Below, piece after piece: positions 1 to 12,279 of a DNA stretch of 40,263 bases. The translations under genes and the position numbers were made by a program. This stretch comes from Macrostomum lignano. Taxonomy: Eukaryota. How positions within the stretch are numbered: the first letter of the stretch is position 1; each line of letters opens with the position of its first letter. The DNA is taken from assembly GCA_002269645.1 (NCBI GenBank), contig NIVC01002280.1, positions 1 to 40,263 of the forward strand, given 5' to 3'. The notes under the pieces were generated by a model. It had not been told where the DNA came from, searched no databases, and was given only the letters and a program-made list of their open reading frames with translations.

Positions 1-407
1 TTTTTTCTTGATTTTAAATGTTTTCGATACATATCGTTCAGCGTTTTTTCTCCGATTTTTAAGTATATCGGTTCCGAAAATGTGGCTTTCTTAAATTAAT
101 TAAAACAGTTTAACTTACAATAAATAAAAGTATGTGGACCACAAAAAATAACCTACAATTTCTCACCTGCGGGCTCGCTAACTCCGTGACCTAATTTACC
201 ATCGTCGCATTCACCCCAGCTTAAAACTTGACCGTCAACCGTCAGTGCCAGACAGTGCCGACCGCTGGAGTGGACGGCAACCTTCTTTATCTGGAAATTT
301 ATAAGTTGTAGAGACAATTTAGTGCACGAGATTTAACGACACTATGTGCATACTTGTTTCGTTAGCTATTAGCGTGTTTTGATTTTCTGCTTATTTCAAA
401 CGACTTT

Positions 408-557
408 CGATACATATCGGCGTTCTAATTAGGGTATGAATTTTAAGATTTTTTCGATACATATCGGCCATCCTTATAGAATGCGATTATGAAGATTTTT
501 TCGATACATATCGGGTATTCCCAAAAGCAGCGACTAAAATGATTTCGATACATATCG
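408..557. repeat. Degenerate ~47-bp periodic repeat with core CGATACATATCG (extra copy at 25-36)
   Basis: Core at 408, 455, 502, 546 and 25. Confidence 0.8.
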
Positions 558-598
558 TCTTTTACGAGTAATAAATTTCAATTGACGCGGTTCATTAC

Positions 599-1025
599 CT
601 TGTAGCCAGCCAGTCCGGGGATGATGGTGGGCACGCTAACATTATCGGCGCAGCTGCCTAAGCCAAGCCGATCGTTGGACGCCTCGCCGCACGCGTAGAC
701 GTCGCCGTCCACCGTGACGCAGAATAGGCTCTTGGATCCGCCGGCAATTTGAGTGCATCTTAAAGCGCTTAGATGCTCGTTAAATTGCGGCACCTTCACT
801 TTGGAGCTTTGGCCACGCCTAGTTGGTCTTTGTCGTTTAGGCCCCAAACAAAGACGTGAGTGCGAACGCTGGCGCGTCTGGCTTGCCAGCGGAGGCGGTG
901 GCCGCCGAGGCGGCCGTGGCAGTCGCGGAGGTCGTTGTGTACGCGTCAACTTGATCGTCCACAAGGTAGGGATAGATGGTGGTTAGGTCCTGCTGACGGT
1001 GACCGAGGATTCTCAGCCCGTGCAC
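599..1025 (-). CDS. HERC2: HERC2 exon 18 (end of DOC, start of RLD2); two -1 frameshifts near 868 and 817
   Basis: VHGLRILG / [18 protein letters not shown] / [10 protein letters not shown]...[32 protein letters not shown] lie in three successive frames. Donor AAG|GTAATG; 427 nt plus 2 = 143 codons. Confidence 0.92.
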
Positions 1026-4000
1026 CTGCGGTCATCGGGTTCGGTAAACAAAAAAATTTCCGTTTTGAAATTTGTATATATCACGTGACTTTCCAGAGCG
1101 ACCAAGTGCCTTTCTAGAGTTATCACGTGACTTTCCAGAGCGACCAAGTGCCTTTCTAGAGTTATCACGTGACTATCCAGGGTGATCACATGACTATCCA
1201 GAGTGATCACGTGATTATCCAGAGTGATCACGTGACTATCCAGGGTGATCATGTGATTATCTAGAGCGATACCACGAGCATCAGAAAAAGCTTATCAGAA
1301 GAAAAAAATTGTAGCAGCATTAGTAATAAATAAAATTCAAAGCACGAAACCCACCTTGGCATTGAACACGGTATCATCTCGACTGTCCATGAGCACAATT
1401 TCAACCATTCGATGGGCTCGATCGCAGTTCTGCAACAGCGTCAGCCATTCGGTCATTGAACTGCCGCGGCCAGAGGCGGCGTTGGCAGCGGTGGGATTGA
1501 ATCTGGCCACCTCCTTGAAGCCTTTGGTGAGGTCGCCAAGCGATACGATGACCAGCTTGGGCAAGTAGAGCGAATCGGCCAGGTCCAGCTAGAAAGGATG
1601 CAAGCTAGTGAATCAAGTTATGCACATTGCGCTGATTCTCGAGCACGCACTCATGCAAAGTGTACACAGCGACGAAAAAGGCACCTAGGCCCCAAAGTCG
1701 TTGCAGATAACACAGGTATCAATAAAATAGGAAAGAAGTGACTCTAGACGACTCTACTAAAACGACGAGATGTCACGGTACAAAGAGTCAAAAAGTCCTT
1801 GAAGAGTCGCCTAAGAGTCAATTTGAGGCGTTTTATTGTCTGCGACTTTAAAAAAACTCTGGGGCGATGCAAGTGACTCTGGGTGACGCAAGTGACTCTG
1901 GGGTGACGCAGGTGACTCTGGGGTGACGCAAGTGACTCTGGGGTGACGCAGGTGACTCTGGGGTGACGCAAGTGACTCTGGGGTGACGCAGGTGACTCTG
2001 GGTGACGCAAGTGACTCTGAGGCGATGCAAGTGACTCTGGGGCGACGCAGGTGACTCTGGGGCGACGCAAGTGACTCTGGGGTGACGCAGGTGACTCTGG
2101 GGTGACGCAAGTGACTCTGGGGCGATGCAAGTGACTCTGGGGCGACGCAGGTGACTCTGGGGTGACGCAAGTGACTCTGGGGTGACGCAGGTGACTCTGG
2201 GGTGACGCAAGTGACTCTGAGGCGATGCAAGTGACTCTGGGGCGACGCAGGTGACTCTGGGGCGACGCAAGTGACTCTGGGGTGACGCAAGTGACTCTGG
2301 GGCGATGCAAGTGACTCTGGGGCGATGCAAGTGACTCTGGGGCGACGCAGGTGACTCTGGGGTGATGCAAGTGACTCTGGGGTGACGCAAGTGACTCTGG
2401 GGCGATGCAAGTGACTCTGGGGCGACGCAAGTGACTCTGGGGTGATGCAAGTGACTCTGGGGTGACGCAAGTGACTCTGGGGTGACGCAAGTGACTCTGG
2501 GGCGATGCAAGTGACTCTGGGGTGACGCGGGTGACTCTGGGCCGCAGAGTCGTATCTGAGGCGTGCCAGAGTCGCTGTAGAACCACCGAGTCACGTCTAA
2601 AACGCATCTGCGTCACTTAATGAATTAAAATCATATTTCGCTTTTAATAACAACTCTATTTAGTCTACTTGAGTTAGTAGAGAGAGTAAAACACTAACAC
2701 AACGACTCTGACAATTCTACAACTCAACTGATGCGCCCGTGACCCATCAGTTCAATCACTTCAAATCAAGTGCAAATTTTCACCTTGATAGACAGCCGAT
2801 CGATGACGATTTCCTCGTTCATCTCTAGTCGAATCCAATGCCTGGCGCCTGAGGTCTTGGCGGCACTGCGCCAGCAGCCTCCGCCGCCAGCAGCCCTGGA
2901 GTCGCCGAGCATTCGACGCACGAGGTCGCCACGGCTTGACACCGTCACCTGCTTGACGCAGTAGCCCCAGTGGGAGCGGCGTTTGCGGTTGCTGCGCAGT
3001 CGACGCCGACGACCAGCGACAGGATCGGCGCCTGCGGCTGCGGCTGTTGCGGCAGCAGCGCCTCCAACATCGGAGGCGGCTGTAGCGTCGCGTTGAGTCG
3101 CACACGAGCCGGCGCGCACCTGGCACGGATGGGCGAGTTTTAAAATGTAAACAAAAACTATTTGAACTAACAAAGACCATACGGAATCAACCACACACCC
3201 GAAGTGAACCAAGACTCAATCTGAAAAAGACCATACCGAATCAACCACACACCGGAAGTGAATCAAGACTCAAACTGACAAAGACCATACCGAATCAACC
3301 ACACACCGGAAGTGAACCAAGACTCAAACTGACAAAGACCATGCCGAATCAACCACACACCGGAAGTGAACCAAGACTCAAACTGACAAAGACCATACCG
3401 AATCAACCACACACCGGAAGTGAACCAAGACTCAAACTGACAAAGACCATGCCGAATCAACCACACACCGGAAGTGAACCAAGACTCACCGGTGAAGCAT
3501 CAGGCGAGGCTATGACATGAAATTCGTGACCAGGCTGGTGGCCAGATTGGCCGCCCAGGTAGCAGGCCTCGCACAGGTTGAAATCCGGGCAAACTCGGCA
3601 GGCGTAGCGACAGCCGCGAATCGGCGCAGTCCAACAGTCGACGCAGGAGTAGCCGGCGTGACAGGCGGCCGGGACGACGGTCAGCTCCGACTGTAGGCAG
3701 CGCCAGCCGCGGTGCTCGGGAAAATCAACAATGGCTTCGGGCTGGCTTGCGGGCTGGCCGCACAGGGTGACCAGGACGCCAACGCTGGCTGGGGTGACGC
3801 TTCCCCAGCGGTAGCGGGGATTCGCGATCTCGGGTCGGACCTGCAGATTTTTTAGGGGAATTTTATTGAAAACTTTTTTCTGATGAATCGAAGTGAGGGA
3901 GGGGCGGCCCCCTTAAAGAAACGGAGTGAGGGAGGGGCGGCCCCATTAAAGCATCGGAGTGAGGGAGGGGCGGCCCCCTTAAAGAAACGGAGTGAGGGAG

Positions 4001-7000
4001 GGGCGGCCCCATTAAAGCATCGGAGTGAGGGAGGGGCGGCCCCCTTAAAGAAACGGAGTGAGGGAGGGGCGGCCCCATTAAAGCATCGGAGTGAGGGAGG
4101 GGCGGCCCCCTTAAAGAAACGGAGTGAGGGAGGGGCGGCCCCCTTAAAGAAACGGAGTGAGGGAGGGGCGGCCCCCTTAAAGAAACGGAGTGAGGGAGGG
4201 GCGGCCCCCTTAAAGAAACGGAGTGAGGGAGGGGCGGCCCCCTTAAAGCATCGGAGTGAGGGAGGGGCGGCCCCATTAAAGCATCGGAGTGAGGGAGGGG
4301 CGGCCCCCTTAAAGCATCGGAGTGAGGGAGGGGCGGCCCCCTTAAAGCATCGGAGATGTGAGGGAGGGGCGGCCCCCTTAAAGCATCGGAGATGTGAGGG
4401 AGGGGCGGCCCCCTTAAAGCATCGGAGTGAGGGAGGGGCGGCCCCTTAAAGCATCGGAGTGAGGGAGGGGCGGCCCCCTTAAAGCATCGGAGTGAGGGAG
4501 GGGCGGCTCCCTTAAAGCATCGGAGTGAGGGAGGGGCGGCCCCCTTAAAGCATCGGAGTGAGGGAGGGGCGGCCCCCTTAAAGAAACGGAGTGAGGGAGG
4601 GGCGGCCCCCTTAAAGAAACGGAGTGAGGGAGGGGCGGCCCCCTTAAAGCATCGGAGTGAGGGAGGGGCGGCCCCATTAAAGCATCGGAGTGAGGGAGGG
4701 GCGGCCCCATTAAAGCATCGGAGTGAGGGAGGGGCGGCCCCCTTAAAGCATCGGAGATGTGAGGGAGGGGCGGCCCCCTTAAAGCATCGGAGTGAGGGAG
4801 GGGCGGCCCCCTTAAAGCATCGGAGCTGTGAGGGAGGGGCGGCCCCCTTAAAGCATCGGAGTGAGGGAGGGGCGGCCCCATTAAAGCATCGGGTGAGGGA
4901 GGGGCGGCCCCTTAAAGAAACGGAGTGAGGGAGGGGCGGCCCCATTAAAGCATCGGAGTGAGGGAGGGGCGGCTCCCTTAAAGCATCGGAGTGAGGGAGG
5001 GGCGGCCCCCTTAAAGCATCGGAGTGAGGGAGGGGCGGCCCCCTTAAAGAAACGGAGTGAGGGAGGGGCGGCCCCCTTAAAGCATCGGAGTGAGGGAGGG
5101 GCGGCCCCATTAAAGCATCGGAGTGAGGGAGGGGCGGCCCCATTAAAGCATCGGAGTGAGGGAGGGGCGGCCCCCTTAAAGCATCGGAGATGTGAGGGAG
5201 GGGCGGCCCCCTTAAAGCATCGGAGATGTGAGGGAGGGGCGGCCCCATTAAAGCATCGGAGTGAGGGAGGGGCGGCCCCCTTAAAGCATCGGAGCTGTGA
5301 GGGAGGGGCGGCCCCCTTAAAGCATCGGAGTGAGGGAGGGGCGGCCCCATTAAAGCATCGGGGTGAGGGAGGGGCGGCCCCCTTAAAGAAACGGAGTGAG
5401 GGAGGGGCGGCCCCATTAAAGCATCGGAGTGAGGGAGGGGCGGCCCCCTTAAAGAAACGGAGTGAGGGAGGGGCGGCCCCCTTAAAGAAACGGAGTGAGG
5501 GAGGGGCGGCCCCCTTAAAGAAACGGAGTGAGGGAGGGGCGGCCCCCTTAAAGCATCGGAGTGAGGGAGGGGCGGCCCCATTAAAGCATCGGAGTGAGGG
5601 AGGGGCGGCCCCCTTAAAGCATCGGAGTGAGGGAGGGGCGGCCCCATTAAAGCATCGGAGTGAGGGAGGGGCGGCCCCCTTAAAGCATCGGAGATGTGAG
5701 GGAGGGGCGGCCCCCTTAAAGCATCGGAGTGAGGGAGGGGCGGCCCCCTTAAAGCATCGGAGTGAGGGAGGGGCGGCCCCCTTAAAGCATCGGAGTGAGG
5801 GAGGGGCGGCTCCCTTAAAGCATCGGAGTGAGGGAGGGGCGGCCCCCTTAAAGCATCGGAGTGAGGGAGGGGCGGCCCCCTTAAAGAAACGGAGTGAGGG
5901 AGAGGCGGCCCCCTTAAAGAAACGGAGTGAGGGAGGGGCGGCCCCCTTAAAGCATCGGAGTGAGGGAGGGGCGGCCCCATTAAAGCATCGGAGTGAGGGA
6001 GGGGCGGCCCCCTTAAAGCATCGGAGTGAGGGAGGGGCGGCCCCATTAAAGCATCGGAGTGAGGGAGGGGCGGCCCCCTTAAAGCATCGGAGATGTGAGG
6101 GAGGGGCGGCCCCCTTAAAGCATCGGAGCTGTGAGGGAGGGGCGGCCCCCTTAAAGCATTGGAGTGAGGGAGGGGCGGCCCCCTTAAAGAAACGGAGTGA
6201 GGGAGGGGCGGCCCCATTAAAGCATCGGAGTGAGGGAGGGGCGGCCCCATTAAAGCATCGGAGTGAGGGAGGGGCGGCCCCCTTAAAGCATCGGAGTGAG
6301 GGAGGGGCGGCCCCATTAAAGCATCGGAGTGAGGGAGGGGCGGCCCCCTTAAAGCATCGGAGTGAGGGAGGGGCGGCCCCTTAAAGAAACGGAGTGAGGG
6401 AGGGGCGGCCCCTTAAAGCATCGGAGTGAGGGAGGGGCGGCCCCCTTAAAGAAACGGAGTGAGGGAGGGGCGGCCCCATTAAAGCATCGGAGCTGTGAGG
6501 GAGGGGCGGCCCCCTTAAAGCATCGGAGCTGTGAGGGAGGGGCGGCCCCCTTAAAGCATCGGAGCTGTGAGGGAGGGGCGGCCCCCTTAAAGCATCGGAG
6601 CTGTGAGGGAGGGGCGGCCCCCTTAAAGAAACGGACGCAGCGCTCACCTGCACCCGATCGCCAACTTTCAAGGCGGCAGAGCGGGTCAGAGATCGGCGCT
6701 GCCGACCAGCGGTTGAATCGTCGCCACCATGGTCGCGTTCGCCCCGACCGAACCGTTCTCCATCGGCGTCTTCTCCGCTTCGAGCCGCAGCTCTACTCCT
6801 TGACGGCAGCAGCTCCAGCTGGGCGAATCGAGCCCAGTAAACTACAGGCGGCTGCGGCGGATCCTCGCTGCCGCCGCCGCCGCCACCGCCGCGGTGCCAG
6901 GCGACGCGCACATTCAAATCGTGCAGATCGTCGCAATCGATCGACACCACCTGGCCGACGTCGCCGGCCCGAACAACGCCTTGGTAGTCGCGCAGGCAGC

Positions 7001-10000
7001 GGACACGCGATCCGACTCGAACCAACGACTTAACGTAGCTGGCGTATTCATCTATTGTAGGAAAATCGCCGATTGTCTTGTAGCTGCCGGAGCCGCTAGC
7101 TCCGCTTGAGTCGGCGCTGATCCAGTTCTCGTCATCCTCATCGTCGTCTTCCTCACCGTCAAGATCATCATCGTCGTTGTCAACATCATCAGTTGAGCAG
7201 ATCGAAGGCGCCCGCTGCTCAGTAGGCGTAGCGTCGCCTCCATCGCTGCCGACGCCGTCGCCGGTCCCCGATTCGGGGTTTTCTATCAGCCATTCAACTA
7301 CGGCGTCGCAGCTCGGCAGCTGCTGGTCTCCGCCGCGGGTCAGCCGGCTGCCAAACGATCGGCCGAGCGCCGCGATGGCGCGTTGAATTGCCCGCTGAGG
7401 GAATCCCATCTCTAGCACTGGGGCCAGCTGCAACGGCAGGACAAACGACGGCGAGCCGCCGCCAGTCGGCTTCCCGTCACTGCCAGATTGTCGTCCCCGA
7501 CGCTGCTCGCGACGGCGTCGACTGTCTTCGCCACGCCGAGGATGCTGCCGACGCTGTCGACGATGCTGGCGTTGTCGATCTTCGCCGCCTGTCGACGAGC
7601 CGAAGGCCGGCGCGGATGCCACGTTCAGCAGGCGGCGATCGACGGACGTCTCTGCGGACACCGCCGTCGACGAGGCCGACGCTGTCAGGCCGGTGGATTT
7701 TGGTATCCTCGCCTGCGGCGGCAGCGCCATCTGGTTGCCACCGTCGTCCTGCCGACGGCAGTTCAGCGAGGCCAATAGATAATGCTCGTGGTTCACAATG
7801 GCGGAGTCGATCTCGACGGCGGAGTAGCCGGGCCGCAGGCGGCTGGGCTGGACGGCCACGGAGAGGAGCTGGCGATACTTTGATAAGGAGTCGCCAAGCC
7901 AGCCGAGCCAGCCAGCCTGCAGACGCTCGCCCAGGGTCAGCAGCGCCCGAGCAGTAAAAGATTCAACTAGCAGCGACGTGGAAGCCGCAGTTTCATCGAG
8001 TTCTTTGGATTCTTCTTTTTCTATCGGTCCATTTCTAGCCGACTTCAGTACCAAGCGTTCAACAATGCGGCGCAATGCATCGGCACCGTCAGGATTGTCA
8101 ACGAAGAGAGCTCCGAGAGTCTCAGCGTCCAATTGAACACCGCGGGTGGCGCCGGCCGGCAAGGCGTCGAGTTTCAGCCGGATCGCAGCAGCAGCCGCCG
8201 CCGACGTCGAGGTCGCTTTCGACAAAGTCAACTGGCCGCCATTGGAGATTTGCTGAACCACGGCCAGGCCAACGTCGGAGGCTTCCGCGTCGCCGTCGAT
8301 ATCGGCCTCATCGTCGGCTGCGTCGGCGTCGGCTGAAGCGCCGAGGCAGACTAGGCTGCCAACGTAGACCCTGGGCTCCAGGTCGCAGACTAGACAGGCC
8401 AGGCTCAGGCCGCGAGGAAAAGCCTTCGACGCTTTGCCAGAGTCCAGAGCGTCGGCCAGATCGACTAGGCGTCGACGGGCCTCGCCAAGGAGGAGCGGCC
8501 GCCAGACGCCCGAATTGGCAAACAGTCGCAGCACGCAGAGGGCTTCCTGGCAGTAGGCGGAATACATTGGCGCAGTCAGTGGCACGTCGGGCCGATTGCA
8601 AAGTACGTCGTTTTTGCAGGCGCCCGGGTCGGCTTGAAATCCGGCTAGCAAAGCGTCGCAACGTTGCCATAGCAACTGCACTAAGGCCGGTTCGGGTCGG
8701 ATCCGATCGGCAGACGCGGCCGTGAGAATGTGCAGCAGTCTGAGCAGGCCCAGCTGATATTCGAAAGTGCGCGAACTGAGCTGCGGCTTACCCTGCTTGT
8801 CGAAGAGCCGGACCTAGCAACAGAAAAAGGCGCGAACAGTTAGTTTAAATCATCTATTCCATGATAATAATGAAAAAACTGGGCGGCAGTTCCAATTACT
8901 CGAAAAATCCCACGGACTATCTCACACCGCGTACCTCAGAATTACATCCTGAATATCACATCTAAGACAACATTAACACAAATACCACATAATCTCACCC
9001 AGATACCACATAATCTCACCCAGATGCCACAGAATCTCACCCCAGATACCATATATTGTCACCCCAGATACCACAGAATCTCACCCCAGATACCATAGAA
9101 TCTCACCCCAGATACCACGTAATCTCACCCAGATGCTACAGAATCTCACCCCAGATGCCATAGAATCTCACCCCAGAAACCATAGAATCTCACCCCAGAT
9201 ACCATAGAATCTCACACCAGATACCATATAATGTCACCCCAGATACCACAGAATCTCACCCCAGATGCCATAGAATCTCACACCAGATACCATATAATGT
9301 CACCCCAGATACCACAGAATCTCACCCCAGATACCATAGAATCTCACCCCAGATACCACGTAATCTCACCCAGATGCTACAGAATCTCACCCCAGATACC
9401 ATAGAATCTCACCCCAGAAACCATAGAATCTCACCCCAGATACCATAGAATCTCACACCAGATACCATATAATGTCACCCCAGATACCACAGAATCTCAC
9501 CCCAGATACCATAGAATCTCACCCCAGATACCACTTAACTCAGATATGAAAGAAAATCAGCCAAATTTAAAGAAACTACAAAAATGCACTCCTGGAGTTA
9601 AAGGTCGAAAGAGATCTCAGAGTATTAAAGGTACTCTAATTTTCAATACTTTGACCTTCCAACGCACCAGCAGGCCGACCCATTTATCGGTCACCAGCCT
9701 ACGAACAAAGGCTTTGCAACAGCATAGTCGGAGGATCAGCTTCAAGCTGAACCAGCCACCGTTGTCGCCGGCATCGCCGCCTTCGAGACACGAGGCCAGA
9801 GCGTCGTAGACGAACGCAGCCAGACGGTCCCAGCAGCGCTGGTCCAAGCAGTCGGGCTGGCTGGCCACCCGGTGCAGCAGGCCGACACGCCACGCCGAGC
9901 AGATCCGCCGCAGGCCGCAGTCCGGATGTCTGGCCTCACTCTCAACGGCACGACGCCGACGCTCCTGTTGAAGTCGACGACGCGCGTCGGTCGATAATTT

Positions 10001-11944
10001 CGATTTTGATCGGCGACGACGTCGATAGTTTTGGTGTCGACGATGTCGCCTATCGGCGACGTTGCTGGCGTCGTCGTCCAGTTTCTGTTGCCGCTGGTCG
10101 GCGCCGTCGACAACAGCGACGACGTTCGAGACCTCGCCGTCGACCTCGTAGTCAATATCATTGTCGCTGAAATCGACACTGTCGTCAAATTGGCTAATGT
10201 CGTCGTCAAAATCTTCGTCATCGTCATCGTCCTCCTCGGAGATCAAGGGGGGCTCGGCCAGCTTCAAATCGTATTTGCCTTCCCGGCCCATCCTGTAGGA
10301 GTTGGTGCCGCCGCTGTCCCAGTTCACCCGGATCCAGCCGTCGTCGCCTAGTTCGCCGACAATTGTGCCAACGCTGTTGCCATCGTCCTGCGGCCGGGTT
10401 TATCGGGGGATTTATGGGTGTTCGCTTAGTCTAAGGGGTTTCCGTCATGGTTATAGGATAGCATAGGGAAGCTGGATTCCCACTGAGTCATTCGGTCATA
10501 GGGAAGCTGGACTCCCACTGAGTCATTCGGTCATAGGGAAGCTGGATTCCCACTGAGTCATTCGGTCATAGGGAAGCTGGACTCCCACTGAGTCATTCGG
10601 TCATAGGGAAGCTGGATTCCCACTGAGTCATTCGGTCATAGGGAAGCTGGATTCCCACTGAGTCATTCGGTCATAGGAAGGCTGGATTCCCACTGAGTCA
10701 TTCGGTCATAGGAAGGCTGGATTCCCACTGAGTCATTCGGTCATAGGAAGGCTGGATTCCCACTGAGTCATTCGGTCATAGGAAGGCTGGATTCCCACTG
10801 AGTCATTCGGTCATAGGGAAGCTGGATTCCCACTGAGTCATTCGGTCATAGGGAAGCTGGATTCAAATTGAGTCATTCGGCCATAGGGAAGCTGGATTCA
10901 AATTGAGTCATTCGGTCATAGGGAAGCTGGATTCAAATTGAGTCATTCGGTCATAGGGAAGCTGGACTCCCACTGAGTCATTCGGCCATAGGGAAGCTGG
11001 ATTCAAATTGAGTCATTTGGTCATAGGGAAGTTGAATTCAAATTGAGTCATTCGGTCATAGAGAAGCTGGACTCCCACTGAGTCATTCAGCCATAGGGAA
11101 GCTGGATTCAAATCGAGTCATTCGGCCATAGGGAAGCTGGATTCAAATTGAGTCATTCGGTCATAGGGAAGCTGGATTCAAATTGAGTCATTCGGTCATA
11201 GGGAAGCTGGATTCAAATCGAGTCATTCGGCCATAGGGAAGCTGGATTCAAATTGAGTCATTCGGTCATAGGGAAGCTGGATTCAAATCGAGTCATTCGG
11301 CCATAGGGAAGCTGGATTCAAATCGAGTCATTCGGTCATAGGGAAGCTGGATTCAAATTGAGTCATTCGGTCATAGGGAAGCTGGATTCAAATCGAGTCA
11401 TTCGGTCATAGGGAAGCTGGATTCAAATTGAGTCATTCGGTCATAGGGAAGTTGGATTCCCAAATGAGGGCCGCTGGATTGTTAGTGTTCATTTGATTGA
11501 TACGCAAAGGTTCCGTTGGATTCTTGACCCTTCAATGAACCGTACGCCCTTCCAGCCTTCCTAACTGTGCTTAAGTGAACTAAAGCAAGACGCCAAGCTC
11601 ACCTGATGGCCCCACTTCCAGTCCTGGCCGCGCACAACCCGGGTGCCAATTTTCATTAGGGCAACCAGTTCGGGGCCGTTCAGTGGCGAGTAGGGCACAT
11701 GGCGGCGACTGCGGCTCGATTCCACAACGGGGCCCATGGCCGGGGCTGATGTGGGCAGCGATCGAACTGGATCGTCTCTGCGGTGGCAAGCGCGAGCAAT
11801 GGGATATGGCGAGTGGCTTGTGCTCGGTAGACAGATAGACACTAAGACAGACACTAAGACAGACAGACAGACAGACAAACAGACGGACAGGCAGACAGGC
11901 AGGCAGACAGACAGACAGACAGACAGGCAGGCAGGCAGGCAGGC

Positions 11945-12003
<59 letters not shown>

Positions 12004-12060
12004 TAGACAGACGAACAGATAGACAGACAGACAGACAGAAAGACAGAAAGACAGACAGAC

Positions 12061-12123
<63 letters not shown>

Positions 12124-12152
12124 TAGACAGACAGACAGACAGAAAGACAGAA

Positions 12153-12205
<53 letters not shown>

Positions 12206-12236
12206 CTAAGACAGACAGACAGACAGACAGACACTA

Positions 12237-12279
<43 letters not shown>

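Noticed and set aside
1744-2616. Three overlapping repetitive ORFs
   Set aside because: Products of the 20-bp array; the same peptide cycles through all three frames.
3863-6316. 817-aa Pro-rich ORF and overlapping ORFs
   Set aside because: Translation of a 33-bp (multiple of 3) intronic minisatellite between two well-supported HERC2 exons.
6713-8725. Plus-strand ORFs over exon 14 (and similar ones over other exons and over pol)
   Set aside because: Antisense shadows of GC-rich coding sequence; Arg/Ala-rich with no recognisable motifs.
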